In this document: in pieces, positions 50,303 through 59,797 of the stretch
Layout: each line of letters begins with the position of its first letter
Numbering within the stretch: position 1 is the first letter of the stretch
Origin: Oligoflexales bacterium
GTDB taxonomy: Bacteria; Bdellovibrionota_B; Oligoflexia; Oligoflexales; JAPPIL01
Direction: 5' to 3'
Assembly (NCBI GenBank): GCA_965215515.1
Contig: OZ244057.1
Location: forward strand, 1,856,001 to 1,920,000
DNA length: 64,000 bases
The notes under the pieces: model-generated
What the model was told of the DNA's origin: nothing
The model's database searches: none
What the model saw: only the letters and a program-made list of their open reading frames with translations
Program-made: the position numbers and the translations under genes

Positions 50303-52036
50303 TCAATCGTGCGGCCCCCGCACTCCCGCGGGTCTCACCAAGGCCTTGTCCGCGCGCATGGCTGCCTTCAATGCCTTATCCTTCACCGCATCGTACCAGG
50401 CGTACTGCCACACGCTGTCAAAGTCACCCTGGGCAGGTGCACCTTGGGGCAGCAACCTGAACTTGTTCCAGTAACCGATCTGCATAAAACTTTTGCTCCA
50501 GTGCAGAATAAACGGATGGTTGTTGAACAGAATTTCATCCATAAGATGGAAGAGTTGCTGGCGCTGGTGACGGTCGAACAGGGTGCCGCTCTTGACCAGC
50601 AGACGGTCTAACTCCTGTGTCGTGAAGCCCGACAGGTTACTGCTGTGTTTCTGCTGCAAAAACTGCGAGTGCCACATGCTGTACGGGTCGGGGTTAAGCG
50701 ACCCACCCCAGCCGATAAACATCAACACGAACTCTTTGTTCTGTAGTTTCTTCATCAAAGTCGGCCAGGTCACCAGCTCCAACTTGAGATCGATACCGAC
50801 CTTACGCAAATCTTCTTTCCAAATCGTCAGGTAACGTTCCTGTTGCCTGCTAGCATAAAGGTAATCGACCACCAGTGGCTGGCCGTTCTTGACCGCTAAA
50901 CCCGCGTCGTTGACCTCGGTATAACCCGCTTCCCGCAACAGTTGTCGCGCTTTTTGGAGATCGAACTGAACGATTTTGTTCTTGGGGCTGGAAAAAATAG
51001 AACCAGGCCAATAACTTTGTAGCGGTGCGTAAATCCCGTAATATAGCTTGGTGATATAGCGGGTGCGGTCATACGTGTGTGCCAATGCTTTGCGTACCCG
51101 CACATCATCGAACGGTTTCACCCGTGTGTTGATGGCAATGCCTCGAAACTTGCGGGGGTACTGGTTGTCCACACGTCGTGCGACGAGCCAGTTGTGGCGA
51201 AATTTTGCCGAGCCTGTATCTACTTGCCAACGCTTGGCATCGGAAAAAACGAACATATCGATCTTGCCCTTTTTGAATAACTCGAAGCGAATAGTAGCAT
51301 CCGTAACGGTGCGTAGCACCAGCCTGTCGAAGTTGTAGCGCCCGATGTTCTGCGGTAGATGCGCCCCCCAGTAGCGCTTGTTACGCACCAGCGTAATCGT
51401 CTTGCCCTTTTTGACTTTCTCGATAAGGTACGGGCCTGAACCAAAAAGTGCGCTGCTGAAAGACTTGTTAAAGTCCTTGCCCGCAGCCAGATAGTACGCG
51501 CGGCTGGTGACAGCAAAATAATCGCACAATACCCCGAGATTGCTGAAACGTGCTACCTGGACGTAAAACTTGACCGTGTGTGTGTCGATTACCTCCAGCT
51601 TGGTGAATTTACTCAGCTCGGCACGCACCCCGCCGATGATATTGTTGGGGTTGTGCAAGATCTCCCAAAAAGCCTGCACATCCCTGCTGGTTACGGGCGT
51701 GCCGTCGGAAAATTTCGCTTTCTTGTCGAGATGAAACGTAAACACCTTGCCGTCAGGTGAAATACTCCAGCGCGCCGCGAGCAATGGCACGTATTCACCG
51801 CTCTGGGGATTGAGGGTGCAGAGGTTTTCCACCACCAACTTATACACCGTCTGTGCGGCAAGATCGCCTGACACGGGAAAATTCAGCGATTTTGGGTAAC
51901 TGTTACGTCCGATGACCAACGTGCCGCCCCGTATGGCGGCAGCGTCGCCGACACGCGGATTCCTGTCGCTCGTGTTATCGGTCACTGCCGCTGTGCACCA
52001 CAGGGTGACGTTGAGTAGCAGCAAGAATTTACGCAC
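50303..52036 (-). CDS. Peptide ABC substrate-binding protein (family 5)
   Basis: Signal peptide; AKFSDGTPVTS.DV, GSGPY, FDDVRVRKAL. Confidence 0.88.
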   Translation of the reverse strand: MRKFLLLLNVTLWCTAAVTDNTSDRNPRVGDAAAIRGGTLVIGRNSYPKSLNFPVSGDLAAQTVYKLVVENLCTLNPQSGEYVPLLAARWSISPDGKVFTFHLDKKAKFSDGTPVTSRDVQAFWEILHNPNNIIGGVRAELSKFTKLEVIDTHTVKFYVQVARFSNLGVLCDYFAVTSRAYYLAAGKDFNKSFSSALFGSGPYLIEKVKKGKTITLVRNKRYWGAHLPQNIGRYNFDRLVLRTVTDATIRFELFKKGKIDMFVFSDAKRWQVDTGSAKFRHNWLVARRVDNQYPRKFRGIAINTRVKPFDDVRVRKALAHTYDRTRYITKLYYGIYAPLQSYWPGSIFSSPKNKIVQFDLQKARQLLREAGYTEVNDAGLAVKNGQPLVVDYLYASRQQERYLTIWKEDLRKVGIDLKLELVTWPTLMKKLQNKEFVLMFIGWGGSLNPDPYSMWHSQFLQQKHSSNLSGFTTQELDRLLVKSGTLFDRHQRQQLFHLMDEILFNNHPFILHWSKSFMQIGYWNKFRLLPQGAPAQGDFDSVWQYAWYDAVKDKALKAAMRADKALVRPAGVRGPHD

Positions 52037-52045
52037 ACCTGCTCC

Positions 52046-53767
52046 TCAACCGTGGGGGCCTTTGATGCCCGCCAGCGCGGGCATTGCCTGGTTAGCTTGT
52101 CGCGCGGCTTGCAGTTTCTTGTCCTTCGCCGCGTCGTACCAGGCGTATTGCCATACCGCGTAGCTGTCTCCGTAACGAGGGACGAAGTTAGGGATAAAGC
52201 TGAATTTATTCCAGTATCCGATGCGCAGGTAGCTCAAACTCCAGCCCAGAATATAAGGGTGGGCATTGAACAAAATACTGTCCATCTCGTGAAAGAGCAG
52301 GGCACGTTTGTGGCGATCAAAGATCGGGCCTATCTCAGCGATTAGTGCATCCAAGCGCGGCGTGGTGAAACCAGCCAAGTTGTTACCCGCGGGCTGATCC
52401 TTGAACTTCGAGTGCCACATTTCGAACGGGTCGGGGTTGAGACTAGCACTCCAAGCGACTCCCGCCAGACTGAACTCGTATTTATCCCACTTTTTGACCA
52501 ACGTCGGCCAGGTGATCTGTTTGAGTTGTAGGTCAATGCCGACCTTGCGCAGATCTTCCTTCCAAATGGTCAAGTATCGCTCAGCGGATTTGGAGACGTA
52601 GAAATAATCGACCTTGAATGGCTTGCCATCCTTCCCTATCAATACCCCCTCGGAATTGGTCTTGGTGTAGCCTGCTGTCTGCAACAACAAGCGCGCCTTT
52701 TTCAAATCAAAATCGATCGGCACATTGTTGGTATTGGCGAAGATAGAGGCAGGCCAGTAGCTGGACAGGCGATCGTAGCTGTCGTAGAACAAGTCCTTGA
52801 TGAATTTTTCTCGATGGTAGGTGTGTGCCAATGCCTTGCGTACTCGCACATCGTCGAATGGTTTACGCCGCGTGTTGATAATAACTCCTGAAAAGCCCTG
52901 TGGATCTTTGGTATCGGCACGCCGTGCGATGATCCAGTTCTTTTTAAATTTTTCTGACCCCGTCTCTGTCTTCCAACGTTTCGCGACGTTGAAGCTCAGC
53001 ATGTCTATTTCGCCTTTCTTGAACAGCTCAAACCGCACGGTGGTATCTTCCACGGCGCGGTAGACGAAGGTGTCGAAGTTGTAGCGTCCGATGTTCTGCG
53101 GCAGGTGTGCTCCCCAGTAGTTCTTGTTACGTTGTAGCTCTACTCGCTTCCCTTTTTTGACCTGGTGCAAAACGTAGGGGCCTGAGCCGAATAGCTTGCT
53201 GTTGAAGGATTTGTTGAAGTTCTTGCCCAACCAAAACTTGTGGCTGGTGACCATGAACGAGCCGCAAATGGTATCGAGATTGCTGAAATGGGGTGACTTG
53301 GCGTAGATTTTCACCGTGTGTGCGTCGATGATTGCCATTTTCTCAAACTTATCGAATGAGGCGCGCAGTGCCCCGATGATGTTGTCGGGATTACGCACGA
53401 TGTCCCAGAATGCCTGTACGTCCTTGCTGGTTACGGGCGTGCCATCGGAAAACTTCGCTCTCTTGTTGAGGTGGAAGGTGAAGATCTTCTTGTCGTCGGA
53501 AATCTCCCAACGTTCAGCCACCAGCGGCACGTATTCACCGCTGGCGTAGCTCACTTCGCACAGGGTTTCCACCACCAGGCCGTAAATCATCGCCGATGCC
53601 GCATCACCAGAGACAGGGTAGTTGAGTGATTTGGGGTACGATAACGCCCCCCATACGAACTTGCCGCCCTTGATGGCCGTCGCACTGCCGATGATGGGGT
53701 TATTATTTTCCGCAGCCAGTACATACCCTGCGCACAAGCCAGCAAATAACAGCAAAGCCGCCTTCAT
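52046..53767 (-). CDS. Peptide ABC substrate-binding protein (family 5), tandem paralog
   Basis: Same motifs; colinear with the downstream paralog. Confidence 0.88.
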   Translation of the reverse strand: MKAALLLFAGLCAGYVLAAENNNPIIGSATAIKGGKFVWGALSYPKSLNYPVSGDAASAMIYGLVVETLCEVSYASGEYVPLVAERWEISDDKKIFTFHLNKRAKFSDGTPVTSKDVQAFWDIVRNPDNIIGALRASFDKFEKMAIIDAHTVKIYAKSPHFSNLDTICGSFMVTSHKFWLGKNFNKSFNSKLFGSGPYVLHQVKKGKRVELQRNKNYWGAHLPQNIGRYNFDTFVYRAVEDTTVRFELFKKGEIDMLSFNVAKRWKTETGSEKFKKNWIIARRADTKDPQGFSGVIINTRRKPFDDVRVRKALAHTYHREKFIKDLFYDSYDRLSSYWPASIFANTNNVPIDFDLKKARLLLQTAGYTKTNSEGVLIGKDGKPFKVDYFYVSKSAERYLTIWKEDLRKVGIDLQLKQITWPTLVKKWDKYEFSLAGVAWSASLNPDPFEMWHSKFKDQPAGNNLAGFTTPRLDALIAEIGPIFDRHKRALLFHEMDSILFNAHPYILGWSLSYLRIGYWNKFSFIPNFVPRYGDSYAVWQYAWYDAAKDKKLQAARQANQAMPALAGIKGPHG

Positions 53768-53847
53768 AGCACACCTCTCTAAAAATCCACGAAGTCCTGA
53801 AGGCTTATTCTAGCACAAAGGTGACCTGTGCGTAAGGATTTTTTCGG

Positions 53848-54855
53848 CTAGCCTGCGTGGGTGGGGTGAGGTGGCTTCGAGGCGACGAGAGGATGGAAGC
53901 ATGCCACCCTTCGTCCTTCGCCCAGCTCTGTTAGGGGCGGTGTGCTGCGTTCGCACTGGTCGGTGCGAAATGCACAGCGGTTGCTGAAACGGCAGCCGTG
54001 CGGGAAACTGCCGAGCGACGGGACATTGCCAGGGATTGTCGGCAGGCGTTGGCGTGGTTTTTCCTCGCTGGTGATACGGGGCAGTGATGCCAGCAGGCCG
54101 TGGGTATAGGGGTGGGCGGGGGAATCGTAGAGTTGCGCGACGGTGCAGGATTCGACGATACGCCCTGCGTACATGACGTGCACGTAGTCGCACATTTCGA
54201 AGACGACACCGAGATCGTGTGTGATCAAAATCATTGCCATGCCCATAGCGGTCTGCACCTCCCGCAGCAGTTGCATGATTTGTGCCTGAATGGTGACATC
54301 GAGGGCGGTGGTCGGCTCGTCGGCGATCAGCAGGCTGGGGTTGTTGGCGATTGCCATGGCGATCATCACTCGTTGACGCATACCACCTGACAGTTCGTAG
54401 GGATAGTTCTTCAGCAGCAGTTCAGGCTCGGCTAGACCTACTCGCCGTAGCAACTCGATGATGCGTGTCCGTGCCTGTTCCTGCGGCAGTTCGTTGTGGA
54501 AGGCCTCCTGCATCTGTGTGCCGACCGCATAGACAGGGTTAAGTGCGGTCATCGGTTCTTGAAAGATCATGACGACCTCGCGGCCGCGATAACGACGCAG
54601 TTTTTCTGCCCTCAAACTGCGGATGTCTTTGTTTTTAAAGAAAATTTCCCCTCCACTGATTTTCCCCACTGGGTGTGGGATCAGCTGCATTAACGACAAC
54701 GAGGTCACCGATTTGCCGCAGCCCGATTCGCCGACGAGGCCGATACACTGCCCGCGCTGCACTGTGAAGCTGACTTCATCGACGACGTTGACGAATTTTC
54801 CCTCGTGCTGAAAGGCAACCGAGAGGTTTTTCACCTCCAACAACGGCTCGGACAT
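53848..54855 (-). CDS. Oligopeptide/dipeptide ABC ATP-binding protein (OppD/DppD-like)
   Basis: GESGCGKS, LSGGMRQR, DEPTTALD, HPYT, GCRF..RC. Confidence 0.92.
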   Translation of the reverse strand: MSEPLLEVKNLSVAFQHEGKFVNVVDEVSFTVQRGQCIGLVGESGCGKSVTSLSLMQLIPHPVGKISGGEIFFKNKDIRSLRAEKLRRYRGREVVMIFQEPMTALNPVYAVGTQMQEAFHNELPQEQARTRIIELLRRVGLAEPELLLKNYPYELSGGMRQRVMIAMAIANNPSLLIADEPTTALDVTIQAQIMQLLREVQTAMGMAMILITHDLGVVFEMCDYVHVMYAGRIVESCTVAQLYDSPAHPYTHGLLASLPRITSEEKPRQRLPTIPGNVPSLGSFPHGCRFSNRCAFRTDQCERSTPPLTELGEGRRVACFHPLVASKPPHPTHAG

Positions 54856-55002
54856 CACAACCACCGCACTGCTATGGACGGGAACATCTACGCCCGCCGC
54901 TTCTAGCACGATCGGCTGTGCTGCAGCAACAAAATTCTGCTTTTACCTCTGCCGTGTCTTTCGGCTACAGTGCGCGGGTGCTAGGGTGTAGGTGTTGCAT
55001 GA

Positions 55003-55416
55003 CGGGTAACGAGCCACGGCCTGACATTACCTAAAGTAGAAATTACCACCGACGCGAAGGTCATCGATGTCGCCAGATGGTCAAGCGTTCAAACTGATTT
55101 GGGAGAAGCATTTAAGCTATTACCAAGTGAATTAAAAAAAAGTGTAGAGCAAAATGAAAATGGTAGCTACAACTTTGCCAATGCTTTGGTAGAGTGGCCT
55201 AAGATAGGCAAAGATAAAGTAGAGGAAGTAGATAAAAGTCTAAAAAAAGAACAAGAAGAGAAAAATGATGACGCAAATTGGAAATTTAATCCTGAAAAAT
55301 TCAACTTGGACAAAGCCAAATTTTATGATAACGGCGACCGTGCAGTTGTGCCAGCCTTTACCCTGCTGTTTAGTGGGGATTTACATGGTGTTCGAGAACC
55401 TGGCGATGGCTATTGA
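55003..55416 (+). pseudogene. AT-rich gene fragment of unknown function
   Basis: Frame open from 55003 with no convincing start; K/E/N-rich. Confidence 0.35.
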
Positions 55417-55453
55417 AACGAACGCACTCTCCATCTGCGGCGAATGCTGCATG

Positions 55454-55734
55454 CTAACACTAGTATACCCTGTCACCTAGCAACTGAAACTTGTTAACCA
55501 GCAGTCGGTGCACTGACCATAATCTCGCATGCCTTGACGCAGCTGCCGCAGCATATCAGCGCTATGGCGATATAGGTTATGCCGCGGATCACGGCAGTGA
55601 TAACATCACTACTCATCTTCCGTCTCCTGTTGTGCCAACACCGCAGCTTGATCGGCCTTAATCTGCTCTGGGGTAAGGCCTTCCCGCTGCATAATACCTA
55701 ACACTAGTATACCCTGCCACCTAGCAACTGAAAC
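55454..55734. repeat. 37-bp direct repeat (55454-55490 and 55698-55734)
   Basis: CTAACACTAGTATACCCTGYCACCTAGCAACTGAAAC, 36/37 identical. Confidence 0.9.
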
Positions 55735-55773
55735 CTATATGTATACCGTTGCCCTTTCTACAGCAGCTGACTA

Positions 55774-55978
55774 GGGTGTGTCGCCGTTTCGTTTAATAAT
55801 TTTTTGTGTGTGCTAATCACTTGTAATTAGTAGGGCAAACCTGCATCATATGGAAATATATGACAATAATTTCCAGGGGTTTACCCATGAGAGGCATTAT
55901 ACTCGCAGATGAACAATGGTCAATACTTAAAAACAAACTGTTGGAGGCGGGTGTGTATCGCAAGAAGAGGCTGCATCT
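55774..55978 (+). mobile_element. IS5-family left-end fragment
   Basis: CTA|GGGTGTGTC end; ORF start at 55887 reads MRGIILADEQWSILK, resembling IS5-family transposase N-termini. Confidence 0.6.
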
Positions 55979-55981
55979 GAA

Positions 55982-56374
55982 CGAGCTAATCCTGTTGTTT
56001 GTGTGAAGGACGCACAAGGCAGAAGAAAGGTTTGTGATGTTGTAATGCACAAGAAAACGTTAATTGGCTATAAGAGCTTATCTTTCAGTGAGCGACCAGC
56101 TTTGCCATCGTTAGTGCAAGAAAGTTGTGTGCAGTGGTTAGATGAGCGTGCAGCCAAGCATGGCTTTAGGCTGGCAAGCAGTACGGTTAGGGCTGATGGT
56201 TATCGTGAACATGTCAATCATGCGTTGAGAGGTAAGGCAATTAGGTTTCGTTCGGTTGATTTTGAGGGTGTGCTGACTGTCACTGATCCGAAACTTTTTG
56301 AGTATGTTTTGTTAAATGGTATTGGCAAGAGTAAAGCGTTTGGCTGTGGTTTATTTTTAATTAAGAGAATTTAG
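55982..56374 (+). pseudogene. cas6e: Type I-E Cas6e (CasE), C-terminal half only
   Basis: RANPV..., DFEGVLTV.DP, G-loop GIGKSKAFGCGL; N-terminal half replaced by IS5 fragment. Confidence 0.85.
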
Positions 56375-56377
56375 CAA

Positions 56378-57304
56378 ATGACTGATGCACCTTATTCGCC
56401 ATTGAAACCTTTACCGATGAAGAATCGGGTGTCGATGATTTTTTTGGAGTATGGCTTAATTGATGTCAAGGACGGTGCGTTTGTTTTCATTGACAAGGCG
56501 GGGGTACGCACGCATATCCCTGTCGGCTCGGTTGCGTGTATCATGCTTGAGCCAGGTACGCGGGTATCGCATGCGGCGGTTAAGTTAGCAGCTGAGGTAG
56601 GCACATTGTTGGTATGGGTTGGTGAGGCGGGGGTGCGCTTGTATTCATCGGGGCAGCCAGGCGGGGCGCGTGCGGATCGTTTGTTGTATCAAGCACAGTT
56701 AGCATTGGATGATGATTTGCGTTTGAAGGTGGTACGCAAGATGTATGCACTACGTTTTGGTGAGCCAGCACCGTTGAAGAGGAGTGTGCAACAGTTGCGT
56801 GGCATTGAGGGGGCAAGGGTTAAGAAGATTTATGATTTGTTAGCCAAGCGTTATCGGGTTAAGTGGCAGCGACGCAGTTATGATCCTGACAATTGGGAAA
56901 CAGGCGATGTGGCTAATCGTTGTTTGAGTGCGGCAACGGCATGTCTGTATGGCATAACAGAAGCAGCGGTGTTGGCAGCGGGGTATGCACCTTCGGTTGG
57001 TTTTATTCACTGGGGTAAGGCATTGTCTTTTGTATATGACATTGCCGATATTTTTAAATTTGATACGGTTGTGCCACTTGCGTTTAAGATTGCAGCGAGA
57101 GAACCATCACAGCCCGATCGTGAGGTGAGGATTGCTTGTCGTGATGCATTTCGTGAGCACAAGACATTGGCAAAGATTATTCCTACTATTGATGAAGTGT
57201 TGCAAGCTGGAGAAATTAAACCACCACAGATGCCAGCAGAATCAATTCCACCCGCGATACCTGAGGCAGAGAGTTTGGGAGAAGCTGGACACAGGAACAA
57301 GTGA
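56378..57304 (+). CDS. cas1: Type I-E Cas1
   Basis: MLEPGTRVSHAAV, WVGEAGVRLY, QLRGIEG, GFIH, FVYDIAD. Confidence 0.95.
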   Translation: MTDAPYSPLKPLPMKNRVSMIFLEYGLIDVKDGAFVFIDKAGVRTHIPVGSVACIMLEPGTRVSHAAVKLAAEVGTLLVWVGEAGVRLYSSGQPGGARADRLLYQAQLALDDDLRLKVVRKMYALRFGEPAPLKRSVQQLRGIEGARVKKIYDLLAKRYRVKWQRRSYDPDNWETGDVANRCLSAATACLYGITEAAVLAAGYAPSVGFIHWGKALSFVYDIADIFKFDTVVPLAFKIAAREPSQPDREVRIACRDAFREHKTLAKIIPTIDEVLQAGEIKPPQMPAESIPPAIPEAESLGEAGHRNK

Positions 57305-57606
57305 TGTCACTGTTGGCTGTTATCACTGAAGATGTGCCACCTCGTTTGCGGGGGCGTTTAGCTGTGTGGTTGTTGCAAGTGCGGGCGGGTGTGTATGTGG
57401 GTGATGTTTCACGGCGTATACGAGAGATGATTTGGGAACATTGCTGTGTTTTTTGTGATAAAGGCAATATTGCTATGATTTGGGCAACAAGCACCGAATA
57501 TGGTTTTGATTTTCAAACGATGGGCACAAACCGCAGAATACCAGTTGATTTAGGTGGCTTGCGATTGGTTTCTTTCCTGCTCGTCGAGCAGGAGCAGGAC
57601 GGTTGA
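57304..57606 (+). CDS. cas2: Type I-E Cas2
   Basis: PPRLRGRLAVWLLQVRAGVYVG. Confidence 0.93.
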   Translation: MSLLAVITEDVPPRLRGRLAVWLLQVRAGVYVGDVSRRIREMIWEHCCVFCDKGNIAMIWATSTEYGFDFQTMGTNRRIPVDLGGLRLVSFLLVEQEQDG

Positions 57607-57688
57607 TTGTGGTGCATAGTCTGTGAATTTTTTCGGTAGAATTTTCTTGTTGCAAAATTTTCTGAAAATTTAATAGGTTACAGGAAGT
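57607..57688 (+). promoter_or_regulatory. CRISPR leader
   Basis: AT-rich segment between cas2 and the first repeat. Confidence 0.7.
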
Positions 57689-57789
57689 GTGTTCCCCGCA
57701 TGTGCGGGGCTGAACCGTTTAGTAACCAGCGACCACTACGTTTGTTATCGTGTTCCCCGCATGTGCGGGGCTGAACCGTACTGCAGACT
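57689..57789 (+). CRISPR. Type I-E array remnant: 2 repeats, 1 full spacer, 1 truncated spacer
   Basis: GTGTTCCCCGCATGTGCGGGGCTGAACCG at 57689-57717 and 57750-57778; 32-nt spacer; second spacer cut by IS after about 11 nt. Confidence 0.93.
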
Positions 57790-58569
57790 TGGAGTTGCCC
57801 CCGTAGAGCGGACAGTCTACCCAGCCTGTTGAAACTCCATATACATCCTAGGTGACATCATGCCAAGTGCTTTGTGTGGTGCAACGTTGTTGTATTCATC
57901 AAACCAGACATGCAATTTTTGCTCAACCACATCTGCTGAACTCAAGTCACTGACATAGGCATAGTCTCGTTTAAAAGTTTTCACGAACGCCTCCGCCATA
58001 CCATTGCTTGCGGGGCTGTATGGTCTCGTAGTACAAACATCAAAGCCCAGATACTTGGCAAACGTTGTCGTCTGCCTAGCAACGTAACAGGGGCCATTAT
58101 CCGATAGCCACTGTATTCTGTGCGGCAATTCATCGCCAAAACGTGCACCTACACAGTCAACCATCAAGTCTCTAACGAGACCACCATCAACGCCGCATGT
58201 CGAGCACGCCCAGCTGATTACCTCACGATCGTGGCAATCCATGGCAAACACAACCTCGAGACACTCCCCGTTATCGCACTGGATTCTGAAAGTATCCGAA
58301 CACCATCGAGTGTTGCTCCTCAACGTGGCCACCTTACCTTCGTGAACCCTTGTTGGCCTCGACGCATGCCTTCTCAACAGAAGATTATTGCGCTTCATGA
58401 TCCTGTAAACACGTTTATGATTGACCGCTGAAACAGCAAGGTCTCGTCGCAGCATGGCAGTCACCCGACGATACCCATAGGTGACCTTCGTGCGGATGAT
58501 CGCTAAAATACGCCGCAGAACGCTGCTGTCGCTCTTTTTCTGCCGCGAGAGCCTCTCCGAGTTACCCCT
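57790..58569 (-). mobile_element. IS3-family (IS2-like) partial element: orfB 3' part plus IRR
   Basis: YGYRRV..NHKRVYRIM, WCSD, SDNG, SNGMAEAF; orfA absent; left extent of IS sequence approximate. Confidence 0.9.
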
Positions 58570-58658
58570 TGTAGATGCCCCCGTAAAGAGCGGACACCCT
58601 ATCGGCTTCTAACAATCACGTAGAGGAGTTCAGTTACGGTTAGTGATCGTTTCGTAAG
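58570..58658 (+). mobile_element. IS3-family IRL and adjacent sequence
   Basis: TGTAGATGCCCCCGTAAAGAGCGGACACCC; near-identical to 14097 onward. Confidence 0.8.
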
Positions 58659-58695
58659 TTCGGAAGCACCTGATAGAGAGAAGGCGGGGGCATAG

Positions 58696-59784
58696 TCACT
58701 CCTCTTTTTTCAGTTCGCCCCAGGTGGTGGTTTGTTTGCCCTTTGCTGCGACAGGCATAGCCTTGGGGTGGGCGGCGATGAGCTGCGCGAGCTCGTCGTG
58801 ACCGAGTTCTTTCGCCAACTGCACAGGTGTTTTTCCCTCCCCGTCGGTCAAGAAGGGTTTGATGTCTTTGTGCCTGAGCAGTAACTGCACTACCCGTCGG
58901 TAGTTGTACGATACTGCGTAGTGTAGTGCAGTCATCCCTTTCGCATCACGGGCATTGACATCAAGATGCTCATCATCTTCGATAATAAATATCGCATCAA
59001 TTTCTGACGAGTGCTTGAGTCCGAAGATCAGGGGGTGCTTAGGGCGGCAGCCGAGTGGCACATGTTCTAGTTCGTAATCGTCGAAAAAACAGTCATCGCT
59101 CGGCAACCCCTCGTACTTCCTCTTGTAGAGCCAGATGACACCATTCTTGTCGTCTCTACCGATCATTGTGCCACCCTTATGTCCTATAGAGACCCCCGAC
59201 ATGATGGAAGTCGGCTGCGTACCTTTGGTGCTATTCTTACCACCCTTGTCCAGCTGCGGGTCACCCCATTCTTCAAAAAAAAGATAGGTGTCCGCCAAGC
59301 CAAAAGCGTGCCCCATTTCATGGACAAGAACAGGCACAAAGCCGCGGCGATCGACATTTGTGCCGTGACGCATATTGATCAGCGGTGGCTTGCCTGGACG
59401 CGCAGTCGAGTTCTCCAAATCACAATAAAAAACAACGTGAAGGTCGCTATTGTCCCCCGCTGCCCCCAACAAGTAGCGGAAATCAGCGACAATTTTTCCT
59501 TTTTTCTTCCCGTATTCTCGCAGCGGTTGCAACCACATCTGTAGCACGGCGGTGATTTCTGCGGTCAAGGCATCATCGTTGTTGCGCTGCTCAGCTGCAC
59601 AGTCTGCACCATAACTGTAGCTGATGTTCCAATGGAGTTTGTGTACGATATCGATCAAACTGTGTGGCTGACGGCCGTTCCACTGATGCTCCCATGCGAT
59701 GAACTTCTTGTCCGCGGGAGGCGAACGGAGAAGACAAGCGGCGAACAACACAAAAGAGCTGAAAATTGCCAGCAGTTTCATCAT
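58696..59784 (-). CDS. Lipoprotein zinc metalloprotease with ankyrin repeats, copy 3
   Basis: AGGAG RBS; lipobox FAAC; HEMGHAFGLAD; QPTSIM; one fewer ankyrin repeat; same tail. Confidence 0.85.
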   Translation of the reverse strand: MMKLLAIFSSFVLFAACLLRSPPADKKFIAWEHQWNGRQPHSLIDIVHKLHWNISYSYGADCAAEQRNNDDALTAEITAVLQMWLQPLREYGKKKGKIVADFRYLLGAAGDNSDLHVVFYCDLENSTARPGKPPLINMRHGTNVDRRGFVPVLVHEMGHAFGLADTYLFFEEWGDPQLDKGGKNSTKGTQPTSIMSGVSIGHKGGTMIGRDDKNGVIWLYKRKYEGLPSDDCFFDDYELEHVPLGCRPKHPLIFGLKHSSEIDAIFIIEDDEHLDVNARDAKGMTALHYAVSYNYRRVVQLLLRHKDIKPFLTDGEGKTPVQLAKELGHDELAQLIAAHPKAMPVAAKGKQTTTWGELKKEE

Positions 59785-59797
59785 GGTTCTCCTTGTA

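Noticed and set aside
55454..55734. 37-bp repeats ending in GAAAC as a second CRISPR array
   Set aside because: Only two units, a 207-bp gap, and no relation to the I-E repeat
57718..57749. Spacer 1 reverse complement shares GTGGTCGCTGGTT with tRNA-Pro (about 32920-32932), suggesting self-targeting
   Set aside because: Only about 13 contiguous nt of 32 match; compatible with chance
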